Assembly: GCA_030390025.1 (NCBI GenBank)
Contig: CM059431.1
Coordinates: 124,374,001-124,438,000, forward strand
Direction: 5' to 3'
Length of the DNA: 64,000 nucleotides
Origin: Squalus acanthias
Taxonomy: Eukaryota
Under the pieces are notes generated by a model. It was not told the DNA's origin and searched no databases. It saw only the letters and a list, made by a program, of their open reading frames with translations. The position numbers and the translations under genes are program-made. Positions 36,902-49,983 of the stretch are shown one piece after another. Positions within the stretch are counted from its first letter, which is position 1; every line of letters begins with the position of its first letter.

Positions 36902-38226
36902 GTTTTGCACTTCTATATTTTCAGTTCTTCCACTAACAACTGAATCTTGGCAATACTGTTCATTCAACAAGCAAAAGATGAAACTCTCAAACTCCCTTCC
37001 CTCCAACATATCAATTGTAGACTTCTTAATGTGTTGCAAATCAATATGACCCCTTAAAACCTTCAAAATTGAGCATGAAGGAACCTTTAATAAAGGTCAT
37101 TTCCAGTAGTCAATTCTTTTTAGTAGGCATTTTTTCTCCAATTTCTTTTTTCAACTGGTTATGAAAACTGGGTTAATGAAATGGGATGCCATTCCTGCAA
37201 CAGAAGTCTATTCCTGGAGTATACTGAACTGCCTAGTAACCTCATTGCTTTTACAATATAATATGAGTCAGAAATATTCATAAATCTTGAAAATAAAACA
37301 TGTATGCCATTTCTCTTGGCTCCTAGCTATAATTTAATCTATTAAAAAGATGAATGCAGTTTACTGTGCACTTGAGAAATCTTCGCTAATTATACAAACA
37401 TTCAAATAATATTGCACTAATACAAAAATGCAAGCTTATTTTCTGTAATATTGGTGACACTTCTATTTAAATTCTTCAGACAGTCTAGATGCAAACCATA
37501 ATCTATCTTGGCACTTCTTAGCTACAGAATCATGCTAATGAAATATTTTTATGACACTCGAGTGACATTTCTTATGGCAAATGTCAGCCTTGTCGAGATT
37601 GCAAATTGTAACCAGTTGCAATGAGTTAGTCTGGTTATTTTTTCCCCCCTGAAAATAAAAGTCTTAAAATTGTTGTTTATTACTGAATCATTCCATGTAA
37701 AATCTCCAATATTTTCTGCTGTAGGTTTTTCTCATATTACCATAATTATGAAATGTAATTGATTTAATTTATTTATGTTGAATTGATGTAAAATCTTACC
37801 TCATAAGTTAAGTCTGTTTTGTTTTAAGTCTCTTCAGCATTGGGTTTTCTTTCAACCTTCGTAACATAGTAGTCAATGAAAGGTGACACTAAAATGGTTC
37901 TCACCAACATATCCCATATTATTTAAAAGAACAGTTAAATATTTGTTGTTACCTTTAGTGAATACATAAAAGCCTTGGAGTCGGGTTGAGTCGGGTTGAG
38001 TGGTCGGCGGCTTCCGGTCCCACTGCTGGCTTCAGCTGCTCTGAAATCACGATTTTAATTTAACAGGGCTTATTAAGCCCGCCGTGCGCGCTACCCAGCC
38101 CAATCAGTGGGTTCGGGTGTGCTGCTCGCCTCTGCTGACGTCTTCCATTCTAGAGCTTTTAAGGGGCCCATGTAGCCTTTGGATTTCATTTGGTTTATGC
38201 TGCTCCTGAAAACGGGTCCTCTGAAA

Positions 38227-40889
38227 ATGTCTGCTGAAAGATCGAAGGCTGCTCCTAGATTTGATGATGACTCCCTCCATTCTCTTGTGGAGGAAGTAAG
38301 AGGGCACAGGGAGGTTCTGTTCCCTCTCGATGGCCGGAGGAAGCCTCCTCAGCAGACAAAGGCAGCCTGGCTGCAAATTACTGAGGAGGTCAGCGCAAGG
38401 TCCTTGTGTTTACACAACTGGGTGCAGTGCCGAAAAAGGTACAATCATCTGCTACGCTCAGCAAAAGTGAGTATCACATCACACTTACCTTCAATCTGCT
38501 TCCCATCTCCTCTCATCACCAGCACTCTGCATTGTCAACCTATTCCTCCACATCCCAACTTACCCTTACTTCCCTTGCACCCTTACCTATCCCTCTCTCT
38601 CTATGTACAGAATCACTTCACCATCCTACTATTATTTAAATGGCAATAAATTGGGAGAGAGGGAAGTACAGAGAGACCTGGGTGTTCTTGTACACCAGTC
38701 ACTGAAGGCGAGCATGCAGGTGCAACAGGCGGTCAAGAAGGCAAACGGTATGCTGGCCTTCAGAGCAAAAAGGTTGGAATACAGGAACAGGGATACCTTG
38801 CTGCAGCTGTACAGGGCACTGGTGAGACCACACCTCGAGTACTGTGTACAGTTTTGGTCGCCTCATCTGAGGAAAGATGTTCTTGCCATGGAGGGGGTGC
38901 AGCGGCGATTCACCAGGCTGATACCAGGAATGGCGGGATTGACCTATGAGGAGAGACTATGTAGTTTAGGGATGTACACACTGGAGTTTAGAAGATTGAG
39001 AGGGGACCTCATAGAAGTGTATAGAATTCTGACAGGTCTAGACAGACTAGATGCAGAAGGAATGTTTCCCTTGGCGGGTGAGAACAGAACTAGAGGACAT
39101 AATTTAAGGATAAGGGCTAAACCATTTAGGACAGAAATGAGGGGGAATTTCTTCACTCAGAGGGTGGTGAACCTGTGGAACTCATTGCCACAGAGGGCAG
39201 TGTACGCCAGCTCATTAAATATATTTAAGAGGGAATTAGATATATTTCTACAGGCAAAAGGGGTTAAGGGTTACGGAGAGAAGGCGGGGACGGGATACTG
39301 AATTGGAGGATCAGCCATGATCTCATTAAATGGCGGAGCAGGCTCGAAGGGCCGGTTGGCCTACTCCTGCTCCTATCTTCTATGTATCTATGTATCTATG
39401 TACTATGCACTCCTCACACTCGCTCTCACTGTTATGCAATGACAACAACTAACAACGCACAGGGAGGCACCTTGGTTTTGGCAACTCACTCCATCTTAGT
39501 CTCCCTCTAAGCTACAATGTTATGTAATCTTTACACTCACTCCATCAATCTCACTGAAACTCCACTTGTGTCCCTCATTGCAGGAAAAGAGAACCCACAA
39601 TAATAGGGAGAGAGCGAGGACGGGAGGAGGCCCACCATCACTCACAACTTTAACAAATGCTGAGGAGGCTGCTCTCGACATTGTCGGAGGTGCAGAGGAG
39701 CTGGAAGTGGGGAACGGTGAGACAGGCGCAATAGAGCAAGCAGGTGACAGAATAGATTTGCAACCCTCTCATTTAGATTTCATGAGTGACTGATATGGCA
39801 TCTGATGTTCATACAGATTGAGTTCTGATCATCTGCACAATAGGATGTTTCTAGTACCTAAATATCACATGTCTACATCATGGCTTTACTCCCTCACAGG
39901 ACCATCGAGAGCCCCCCTCCCCACTGTCCAGGAGGAAGAGCCGGACGACTCCTCAGAGGAACCTGGAGCCTCTGAGGGAGCAGCGACACCAGAAATCAGC
40001 TCACCCAGCTCCAGCGCAGATATGCACACCTCGGTGGGTCCTTTACGACATAAAGTAGTGTTGTCACATGGTTTATCATAGCTCATAAATGAGCATCAGC
40101 AGATGGTGGAGACAGCAACGGCACTGGAGAGTCCTCGTCAGAGGTCGCAGGAAGCTCCTAGCTCTGCTCTGCTGCATGTAGATGCTGTGCCTCTGGGGCC
40201 ATCCAGAAAGAGAGCAGGAATCTCTGACAGGGTTTTCATCCACAGTAACTGCGAGTGTGCAGGGAATGGAGGAGTCCATCTCAAACATGAGCAATGCGGT
40301 GGTGCACTCAATGGCGAATGTAGGTGCCGCAATGGAAAGGATGGCAACCTCCATGCAGGACATAAATCGCCAGACTCAAATGAGCATGGTGACTCTTCTA
40401 AATAGATGGTCTGATATGGAGGATAGATGGACATCTATTGAGGAGAGGAACCAGAGGTACATGGATGTCCCCATTATGACGACTGTCAGTTCAGAGATGG
40501 GTTCTTATAGCCCCACTGATGTGCAGCAAGGTGCTCTCCAGCCACTTGCTAGCAGTGAAGTGCAGGTGACCCATGAGAGGGATGTTGGTGGTCGACAACC
40601 AGGAAGTGAGGGCTCCTCTCCAAGCGCTCACACAACGATGCCACTGCGGAGCCCTCGGTCAGAGCCCCAGATTCCTCACCCAACTGAGATGGCCGTCTCA
40701 GCCCCTGCACAGCCACAGGAGAAGCAGACTGTTGCGGAGCCCTCCCAGGCTCCCAAACCCAGAGGACGCCCGCCAAAGGCATCAAAGCAGGTGCAGCATA
40801 GAAGTGAGCAAGGTGCCTCTACATCTGCTGAAGCCACAGGGGAAGAACCACGTAGAAGCACGCGTAAGAGAAAGTTAACACACAAATAG
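38227..40889 (+). pseudogene. Harbinger Myb/SANT-like gene, 3 exons (38227-38466, 39584-39743, 39900-40889)
   Basis: APRFDDDSL..AWLQITEEV..QCRKRYNHL|gtgagt, exon 2 EKRTHNNRERARTGGGPP, exon 3 disrupted and ending PRGRPP..RRSTRKRK. Confidence 0.85.
38633..39400 (+). mobile_element. CR1 3' fragment in intron 1 of the Myb gene
   Basis: Open frame RDLGV..LVRPHLEYCVQFWSP, (TATCTATG)n tail. TACTAT on both flanks (38627-38632, 39401-39406). Confidence 0.93.
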
Positions 40890-41179
40890 TCACAAAGGTA
40901 GTCACTTGGGTGTTTTCATCTGAAACAAAAGTTTGTCATCGTTATTATTAATGTATTAAAGAAAAGCGATGGCAAAGATTCAAAGAGTTGGCCTATGTGT
41001 GCTCAGAAATGGAAGTTGCACAGAGAGGGGTCAAGGCGCCTTTCATCTGTAATGAGGGTGGTGAGAGTGATAGAAAACCACAGTTTATTGCACAGATGCT
41101 GTATGGAGTGTTCCGACGGTCGGCCAGACATTAATTTCCATGTGCCAGCCATTTGTGGTTGATGCATCAAATTACACAA

Positions 41180-42380
41180 ATCTGGCATGGATAAGTGCAT
41201 CCCTTGCTTCACGGCCAGCAATGTGCTGATGGATTTAGCACATCCGCCCCTGCAAGGCAACCCTCATCTGCCACATCCTCCTCCTCCTCTTCTGAGGAGG
41301 CTCTAAGCTGAGCCACTTGTTCCTCAGGCAGCGATAAGCCACGCTGCTGTGTGATGTTGTGCAGGGCACAGCAGACGACGATGATTCTGGAGACCCTGGC
41401 TGGTGAGTACTGTAGGGCTCCACCAGATCTGTCGAGGCATCTGAATTGCATTTTAGCAAGCCGATGGTTTGCTCAATGATGCTTCTGGTGGAAATGTAGC
41501 TCACGTTGTATTGCTCCTCAGCTTTGTTTGATGGCCTCCTCATCAGTGTCATTAGCCACTTTTTCAGGGGATAGCCCTTGTCTCCAAGTAGCCATCCGGA
41601 AAGTTGTCTTGGCGGATTGAAGAGCTGAGGCACAGTAGAGAGCCGCAGGATGAACAACTGCCAGGGAACTTGGCGCAAACATGCATAATGTTCTTCCTGT
41701 GGTTACACAGCAGCTGGACGTTAAGGGAGTGGAAGCCCTTGTGGTTGACGAATACAGCTGGATTGTGATGGGGTGCCCTAATGGCCACATGTGTGCAGTC
41801 TACGATGCCCTGCCCCTTGGGAAGCCTGCCATATTTGCAAAGCCAACCGCACGCGCAGTTACACTTGCTCATCCGTGGAGAAGTGGATGTAATTGTGCGC
41901 CTTTGCAAAGAGGCCATCGGTAACCTGCGTGATGCAAGTGTGTGCAGCTGACTGGGAGATGCCGCTGATGTCTGCTGACGATCCCTGGAAGGACCCTGAA
42001 GCAAAGAAGTTGAGGGTGGTAGTGACTTTAACAGCCACTGGTAAGGAGTGTCCACCCGCTCCTCTGGGCTCCAGGCGTTGGTGCAGCATTGTGCAGATGT
42101 CAGCGACTGCCTCTCGCGAAAGTCTCAACCTCCTTTGGCACTGCTGCTCAGTCATGTTAAGGAAGCTCATCCTCTGCCTGTAAACCCTGTGTTGGGGGTA
42201 TCTCCTGCGGCGTAGTGCAGCCCTGCGCTGACACCCTCTGCCCTGCGCAGCATCAGGTGGCTGAGGAGAAGGTTGGCGCTCCTGTTGTTGCTGCTGCTGT
42301 TGTGCCTGGTTCTGCTGCTGCCGCGGCTGCTCTTCTTCCGAATCTGAGGACCAGGATGAGAGGGTATAAATGGTTCCCAT
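41180..42380 (-). pseudogene. HARBI1-like DDE transposase (family B), frameshifted
   Basis: [44 protein letters not shown] and CCALHN motifs. Confidence 0.9.
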
Positions 42381-43137
42381 TCCGCTGGTATATATCTCAT
42401 TTGAGGAAGAGATGTTATAAGCGCTCACTCAATGTGGCCAGAGGGTATTCCAAGGAGGTTACAGTGCATATGGCTCTCAGCTTAAACACTCACAAGCTCA
42501 ATAGACCTGCAAAATGTGTAACAAAACCTCAAAGCACAAAGTTCTGCCATCTGAAAGTCAGCCATGTTGCTCCTCTGCTTTTATGCTGCAGGAGAAGCTG
42601 TCAACAATTCACTTACTTGCTGAACCTGGCACAATCAGCTGGCGTGTTTGTCACCCCATCGGGCAACATGCTGAAAATGTATTAAAATGGGAAGAGCCAG
42701 TTAAAAAGGGATTATCTAGGCAGTTAACAAGCTGTTAACTGCTTTAAGTGCCGCTTCCGTCGTTTGGTGTCGGGTCTGATCGGGACTCGCAGACCCGATA
42801 CATTGCAAGGTTGCGTGGAGGCGGGAAGGTGGCAGGTTAGCAACCCGCCGTCAATCATTTGGATTTTTACTCCCGACCCACCTCCAAACCCGCCCTCTGA
42901 GTGCCGGCAAAATCGCGGCCTACATATCTCTTCTGATTTGATATGGCAATGCTTTCTGACTTGCCTAGGGTACACAAGTGAAGTCAGAAATATGAGTGAA
43001 CCCAATTCCTTTTCAAAGCTTCACGATTTTGCTGGTTGTGTTGGAGATTATCCCAGGCAGTAAAAGTGCCTTAAATAAAAACAGAAAATGCTGGAAATAC
43101 TCAGCAGGTGAGACAGCATCTGTAGAGAGAGAAACAG

Positions 43138-43174
43138 AGTTAACGTTTCAGGTCGATGACCCTTCGTCAAAACT
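43138..43174 (-). ncRNA. Minimal hammerhead ribozyme-like motif (core C changed to U)
   Basis: Minus strand reads AGTT-TTGACGA-AGGGTC-ATC-GACCT-GAAAC-GTT-AACT. Confidence 0.6.
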
Positions 43175-43290
43175 GGAAAAAGTTGGAGCTTTAACAGATT
43201 TTTTAAGAAGTGTCGGGGCAGAGAGAGGGGGGAGTGGAGGAAAGAACAAAAGGGAAGGTCTGTGATCGGATGGAAGGCAGGAGAGATTAA

Positions 43291-46206
43291 GGGCTCGATT
43301 TTGCCAGGCCCGAGGAGGCGGGATTGGAGGCGCGTGAGGTTTTAAAATCACAAAAAATGGTGGGCGGCTCCGATCCCGCCTCCAGCCCGCCACCGAGTAA
43401 TTTTCCCAGAATCGGGGTTTCAGACCCCGTTTCCATCCCACCTCCAGGAGGCGGGATAGGCCCTTAAGGCCATTAACAACCAGTTAATTGCCCCTATATC
43501 CCATTTTGAGAGGCCTTTCTGATTTTAACACTTTTCCCCCATCCTGCACATCTCCTCTGGAACACGCCAGTTAATCCTTTTGGCCTCACAAGTGGATTGC
43601 TTACTAACAGCTGCAGCTCCACCATTAAAAATGAGTTTTCACCAATGATCATTTGCAGGTGGTAGAACTTTGTTGTCTCAGGTCTGGGGGAAACTTTTAG
43701 CAGGCACACCCATTGTTGTGGAAGTTTGGAGCCTGACACCCATCTCCAGTGTGACCGCCTGGGAAACCCCTCTCCCCACCTTGACTGAGCGCTTCCTCAA
43801 CTGAGGCATATACCAAAAGCATGGGAACCATTTATTTCCTTTCCTCCTGGATTCGGACGAAGACCAGCCGCGGCAGCAGCAGAACCATGAACAACAGCAG
43901 CAGCAACAACAGGAGCGCCAAGTTGCTGCTCACCCACCTGAAGCTGCACAGGCCAGAAGGCACCAGCGCGTGACCACATTGTTGCCCGGGATGCAAGGGA
44001 CGCACTCATGTTGGCCAGATTTGCTTAGCCTGCACAATCAAACACTTTTGCCTCGCACCTTCTTACCAGAGCATCAACAATGGACAAGAACCTGCGGATT
44101 CCTATCACTCTGACCACCATACTGACAATTGCAAGTCGCTCTAAACCCTCAATGTGGAAGTCCCATTTGCGAAATGACACAGGCCACAACTTCAACAGTT
44201 TGCCATCAGAATTTTTTATCACAACAAGCAACTGATGGCATTTCAAAAATATATACAACATAACACCCAAGTGACTACCCTTGTGACTACTTGTGCATTA
44301 TCTTCCTCTTACGCGTGCTCCTACGTGCTGCTTCCCCTTTGGCTTCAGCAGATGTGGAGGCCCTTGCTCACTTTCTTGCTGCTCCTGTCTCGACACCTTT
44401 GGCGGCCGTCCTCTGGGGTTGCGAGCCTGTGAGGGCTCGGCAACAGTCTGCTGCTTCTGCGGCTGTGCAGGGGATGAGACGCCCATCTCAGTTGGGTGAG
44501 GACTCTGGTGGGGCTCTGACCGAAGGCTTTGCAGTGGCATGGTTGTGTGAGCGCTTGGAGAGGAGCCCCCACTTCCTTGTTGTCTGCCACCAACATCCCT
44601 CTCATGGGTCAGCCCCACTTCAGAGCTAGCAAGTGGCTTTACAGCACCTTGCTGCACTTCAGAGGGGCCATGAGGACCTGTTTCTGCACTGGAAGTCCTA
44701 CTCCAGAGGACTTCCATGAAGATCTGATTTCTCTGCTCAATAGCTGACCATCGCTCCTCAAGAGATGTCAGTCTATTCTGAACAATGACCATGTTTTCCA
44801 TACCCTGGCTACTAAGCTCCTCCATGGCCGTAGCCATCCTCTCCTCGGCCGTAGCCATCCTCTCCTCTACCGTAGCCATCCTCTCCTCTACGGTAGCCAG
44901 CCTTACCACGGAGGTAGCCATCCTTTCGACGGAGGTTGCCATCCTTTCCGTGGTGATGTGTTCATGCACCAACGCCTCCACAAAGGCTCTGCTCATGTTA
45001 GCGATGGACTCCTCCATTCACTCCACACTCGCAGCGACCCTGGAGACAAAACCTGCCAAAGACTCCTGCACCTGTTCCTGGAGTTCCAGCACCGCTCTCC
45101 TTCTGGATGGACCCAGAGGCACAGGGTCGACATGCAGTGGAGCCGAGCTGGAAGAGTCCTGCACCCTCCGACGAGGACTCTCCTCTGCTGTCCCTGTCTC
45201 CACCATCTGCTGATGCTCACTTGTGAGCTGTGATACACTATCTGCCAACACTACTCTATCTCACGAAGGTCCCATAGAGGTGTGAGTGTCTGCGCTGGTG
45301 CTGGGTGCGCTGAATTCTGCTGACGCCGCACCCTCAGAGGTTGCAGCTTCCTCTGAGGAATCTTGAAGCTCAGGCTGTTCCTCCTGGACAGTGGGGACGG
45401 GGGCTGTAGATGGTCCTGTGGGGGAGTAAAGGAAAGTGTTTGAGATGTGAGGTAAAGGTTGCATGCACATTGAATTGTGCAGATGATCATAAATCAATCT
45501 GTTAGAGCTTCAGAATCATTATCAGTCACTCATGCAAAGTCAATGAGAGAGATGCCAAACTGTTCTGTCACCAGCTTGCTGTGATGCGCCCGTCTTCCAT
45601 CCCCCACTTGCGAATCTTCCTTGACACTGGCGATTTCCAGGGCCGCCTCCTCTGAGGTGGTAAGCTGGGCTACTGAGGGTGGCCCTCCTCCTGTCCTCAC
45701 TCTTTCCCTCTTATTGTGGGCTCTCTTTTCCTGCAATGAGGGACACAAGTGGAGTTTGAGTGAGAATGAAGGAGTGAGTGTAGAGAATCCTTAGCATAGA
45801 TTCTTAGAAGGAGACAAAGGGCCCTCCCTGTGTGTTGTAAGTTGTTGTTGTTGCATCACAGTGATAGGGAGTGTGAGGACTGCATGGTAGAATAGTTAAG
45901 TGAATGTGACCATAGAGAGAGAGGGAATGGGTAAGGGTGCAGGAATGTAAGGGTCAAGTGCGATGTGGAGGAAGAGGTTGGCAAAGCAGAGTGCTGGTGA
46001 GGAGAGGCAATGGGGATCATATTGAGGGTGCTGGGAAAGGCATACTCACTTTTCCTGACCGAAGATGGTCATGAAACCTCTTCCTGCACTGCAGCCAGGT
46101 TCTGCGGCACATAGAGATTGAGTTGACCTCCTGGGCCACTTGCATCCACACAGCTTTAGTCTGCTGGGTAGGCTCTTTCCTCCCTGAGGAAGGGAAGAGA
46201 ACCTCC
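43291..46206 (-). mobile_element. Harbinger family B copy, one end present, transposase mostly deleted, nested in the Penelope-like element
   Basis: Starts GGGCTCGATTTT after TAA. Transposase start on + at 43821. Myb exons on - at about 46050-46206, 45572-45730 and 44298-45416. Confidence 0.85.
44823..44950 (-). repeat. 21-bp coding tandem repeat (heptads xxERMAT)
   Basis: About six units containing gtagccatcct, inside ORF 44298..45017(-). Confidence 0.9.
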
Positions 46207-46845
46207 TTTATTTATAGTGAATGTTTGTCAATAGCCTATCCCCAGAGATAGAGACAGAGAAGTCGAGGAAGGGAAGAGTCAGAAATGAACCATGTGAAGG
46301 TGAGGGAAGGGTGGAAATTGGAAGCAAAGTGAATGAAATTTTCTAGTTCAGGGCGAGAGCAGGAAACGGGTGACTGCTTTGCGGAACACCTCCGTTCAGT
46401 CCGTAAGGGTGACCCCGAGCTTCCGGTCGCCTGTCACTTTAATTCTCCGCTCCACTCCCACTTGGACCTCTCCGTCCTCGGTCTCTTACACTGTTCCAAT
46501 GAAGCTCAACGTAAGCTCGAGGAACAGCACCTCATCTTTCGATTAGGCACTATACAGCCTTCTGGGCTCAATATCGAGTTCAACAATTTCAGACCATAAC
46601 CTCGGCCTCTATCAATTTTTTTTCTCTCTCTTACATGGCAGCTGTTGATTATTCTGCCATTTACACTTCATCTAGAGTCATCTTTTGTTTCTTAACTTGT
46701 CCCATTACCATCTCCTTTTGCCTTGCACCATCATCCCTTTTGTCTCTTAATCTCTCCTGCCTTCCATCCTATCACAGACCTTCCCCTCTCCCCTCTTCCT
46801 GCCCCTACACTTGCTTAAAAATCTGTTACACCTCCAACTTTTTTC

Positions 46846-46882
46846 AGTTCTGACGAAGGGTCATCGACCTGAATCGTTAACT
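46846..46882 (+). ncRNA. Minimal hammerhead ribozyme-like motif (GAAA changed to GAAT)
   Basis: AGTT-CTGACGA-AGGGTC-ATC-GACCT-GAATC-GTT-AACT. Confidence 0.6.
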
Positions 46883-48180
46883 CTGTTTCACTCTCTACAG
46901 ATGCTGCCTGACCTGCTGAGTATTTCCAGCATTTTCTGTTTTTATTTCAGATTTCCAGCATCTGCAGTATTTTGCTTTAGTAAAAGTGCCTTCCCCATTT
47001 TATTGCCATTTTCATAATGTTGACATGCACATTTTTAAAATTTTATTGGCAGACTTAGGTAAAGGATCAACTGCAAGACCCACAGTGCAAGATGTCATCA
47101 AATTGAAAAGGGTAGCGAGAACACAAGGTAAATCAGAATATCGTGATTAGATGTGCTATGTATGGGTTTTAAAAGTCCTTAGCTGATAAGATTAAAAGAA
47201 GACTGAGGAAGGTAAAGAGGTCCGCAGTTTTTGATGGGAATAGATGAGTTAGAGTAGGAAACAGTATGATGACTCTTGATTTCAATACAGTGTGGATGCA
47301 AGGAAAATGAAGACTATATAGGATAGTATAATTGGAATTTAGGAGGAACAGAAGAGGAAAGATCGAAAGAACATTGACAACAGTAGTATTGGTAAAATAG
47401 AGACAAGAAAAGTTGAGGCAAATTACAGAAAGACAGAGATAAAGAGAAAGGCAGGTCAAAGGCCAAAAATGAGGGAAGACTTCGTTATTAGCTGAATACA
47501 ATACATAATTTTCCCTACCTGTTTTTACTCATGGAAATTTATATTGCACACAAGAGAATTAATGACTTGAAAAAAGTTGCATAAAGCTCCTTGTTTTACT
47601 CAAAGTCACAGCATATGATTCTGGACAAACGTACAAGGAAAAACATGGCTTTGCCCAGGTCTTCCTTGTGTCACACAGTTATGTCTGTGTGTTCTTTAAT
47701 GCATGTGCAGACCCAGTGAAGTTTCAAATGTTAGAAAAGAACTAACTGTCCCCTCAGATCTTTTCTTACAGTTGAAACTTCAAGGTAGTTCAACAGACCA
47801 TTTGGGCTCTTTTTCAAATTGAAACTTAATCTTAAATTCTGGCCCATACAGAAACGAGGGCCACTTTTCCATAATGAAGTGTCATGTTCAGTTGTCCATG
47901 ACTTTGCAACTCAGATAATGCATGTGCCTGGGGAAACCAAAAATGTACCCTTAGCTTCTGTTATATTAGAGTTCCATTAGAATACACTCAAACATGGGAT
48001 TTAAACAGCAATACTACTTTATTCCCAGGTGCTTCTCTTACATTTTCTATCAACAGAAATTGGCTCTCCAGCCTGATGAACCAGTTCCCATTCCACTAGC
48101 TCCCCCTGTTATTTATACTCACTCATCACTCACTGTTACACATAACTGTTTTAAACCTTATATCAGAACCAAAAGGAAAT

Positions 48181-48405
48181 AACAAAACTTGCATAGCACA
48201 TTATTACATCTCTTAGAAATGTCTCAAAGCACTTCACTTACAAATAATTTGAAGTGCAGAGACTTTGGTTATGGAGCCAAATGCATTGTGCGTATGGTAA
48301 GATTCCACAAATAGCACTGACCAAATAATCTGTTTTTAAGGTGGTATTGGTTGAAGAGGACTACTGACCAGGACATTGGGAGAGAATTCCCTGCTCTTTC
48401 TCAGA
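48181..48405 (-). mobile_element. Decayed DeuSINE/SacSINE1-like 3' half
   Basis: Partly similar to 62738-62800, with an L2-like tail (minus strand gtgctttgagacatt..tgctatgcaagttttgt). Confidence 0.55.
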
Positions 48406-48719
48406 TATTGTAGAGGTTAGCAATTTCATTGTATGATCTACAATGTTCTGCAACTATGCCAATATGTCGTGAGAAATTATTTTGTTATTCTAAATGAAGC
48501 ACAATTATATAACAGTACTTGTACCTCAAAGCAAATACCATAAATTTCTGTTAGTCACTCATGTAATGATTTATCAATATATAGGATGTACAAATTCACT
48601 TTACTTTGGTGTACATGCCTCATTAATTCCAATTTACACTCTTGAACCAGTACAAAGTTGCTTGTGTTTCAGCTTGACTTAAATTCTAACACAGTCACTT
48701 CAGGATCAGAAATTGCAAA

Positions 48720-48910
48720 TTTAAGTTCCATACCAGGAATCTGAGTTCCTAATCTAGATTGATGCTCCAGTCTGGTTTTGAGGCAGTGCTGATTTGTTGG
48801 AGGCGCCGCTTTGTGGATGAGATGTTAAACTGATGCCGTGGTTTCGTGGTTCAAGTGGATAATAAAGATCTCAGTCGCACTATCTGAGAAAGAGCAGGAA
48901 GATCCTGTGA
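48720..48910 (+). mobile_element. Decayed DeuSINE/SacSINE1-like fragment
   Basis: gtgctgatttgttggaggcgccg..ggatgagatgttaaac is colinear with 52440-52515. Confidence 0.6.
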
Positions 48911-48914
48911 CAAT

Positions 48915-49677
48915 GGGCCAGAAATTCGGCTCTTGTCGGGTGAGTATGCGCTGTGTACTCACCCGTAAGGCCACCTGAAGTGCCGGTTTCCTGCATGCAC
49001 TGCGCATGCGCGGGAAACCGGAACTTCCGTTCCCCTGAAGGGAGGGGTTCAGAAGTCGAACGCGTGCGCGGGAGAGGCAGCGCACAAGCAGCGAACTTCA
49101 GGTTTTTTTTCAGGTTTCTCCGGGAGGGTAAGTATGGAGAAGCTGCACTTTTAAAAAGGAGGCGCAAGGCCTGTTTTTAACAAGGTAAGTGGTTAATTAA
49201 TTACAATTTAAACATTTTTTCAACAGGTTTATCTTTTTTAGGTACTTTAAAGAAAGGTACGTTTATTTTTAGCACCGTTAAAAAGTATAATTAATTTTTT
49301 CAAAAATTAAAATTTTTGTTTAAAGTAGTTAATTTATGTAACTTATAGTTATTTTAAAAATGTGATTTAAAAAAAAATGTATTTGAAGTTTAAGTGTGGT
49401 TTTGGGGCTGATCTCTATTCATAGATTTGACAGGTCTTCCTGTCAAATCTATGAATGAAAATGCCCTGTTAGGATTGGCTCTCCATGGCCCACGTGATCC
49501 CAGGGGACGCTTCGAACTAACTGCACCCCTGGGATACGCAAGCACTGCGCGCCGGCAGCTGGAGGAGGCCCAGGAGCCGAAGTCCTCGTGGGCCCAAAGC
49601 ACAACGGCAGGCGTGGTAGGCAAGTACGCGCGCGATGCTTGCACCCGCAGGAAGCCGGAAAGCCGAATTTCTGGCCC
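48915..49677. mobile_element. Harbinger-type MITE (763 bp)
   Basis: Perfect 17-bp TIR GGGCCAGAAATTCGGCT. Flanks AAT / ATT. GC-rich hairpin arms and an AT-rich core. Confidence 0.88.
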
Positions 49678-49983
49678 ATTAAATGTTGCTTCTGGAAATA
49701 AAGCAAACTTTTGAATAGATTCAATAAAGAGCGTCAAACTATTATACATTTTTAATAAGGTCCCTTAAAGAAATGGCATCTCCTGGACTCTGTTTTCCAT
49801 GAAAGGTACTGCCAGCTGTTGAGTATGTTCTTCACAGCATCATATACTCATAGTGCTTTAGAGCAGTTTATCAAGTTGTAGAAATGCCACAGCTACAAGC
49901 TTTAGGATGTATTCACAAGATGCTCTTACAGAACAAGCCTATACCATGGCTAGCCTGTAAGGATGTCCTAGTGAAACAATAAT

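Larger units (their letters stand above)
37976..42920 (+). mobile_element. Harbinger family B copy, near full length (left TIR missing)
   Basis: Right end aaaatcgcggcc. Convergent Myb and transposase genes. Left arm is homologous to 31975-32150. Confidence 0.88.
43073..46978. mobile_element. Penelope-like retroelement with inverted termini
   Basis: 43073-43290 is the inverted copy of about 46745-46947. RT relic on - at 46207-46366 (NFHPSLTFTW..DRLLTNIHYK). GIY-YIG C-terminal part on + at 46367-46599 (FAEH..PVACHFN..GLN). AGTAAAAGTGCCTT on both flanks. Confidence 0.85.

Noticed and set aside
44823..44950. CRISPR-like array
   Set aside because: Contiguous coding tandem repeat without spacers, in a vertebrate-type sequence.
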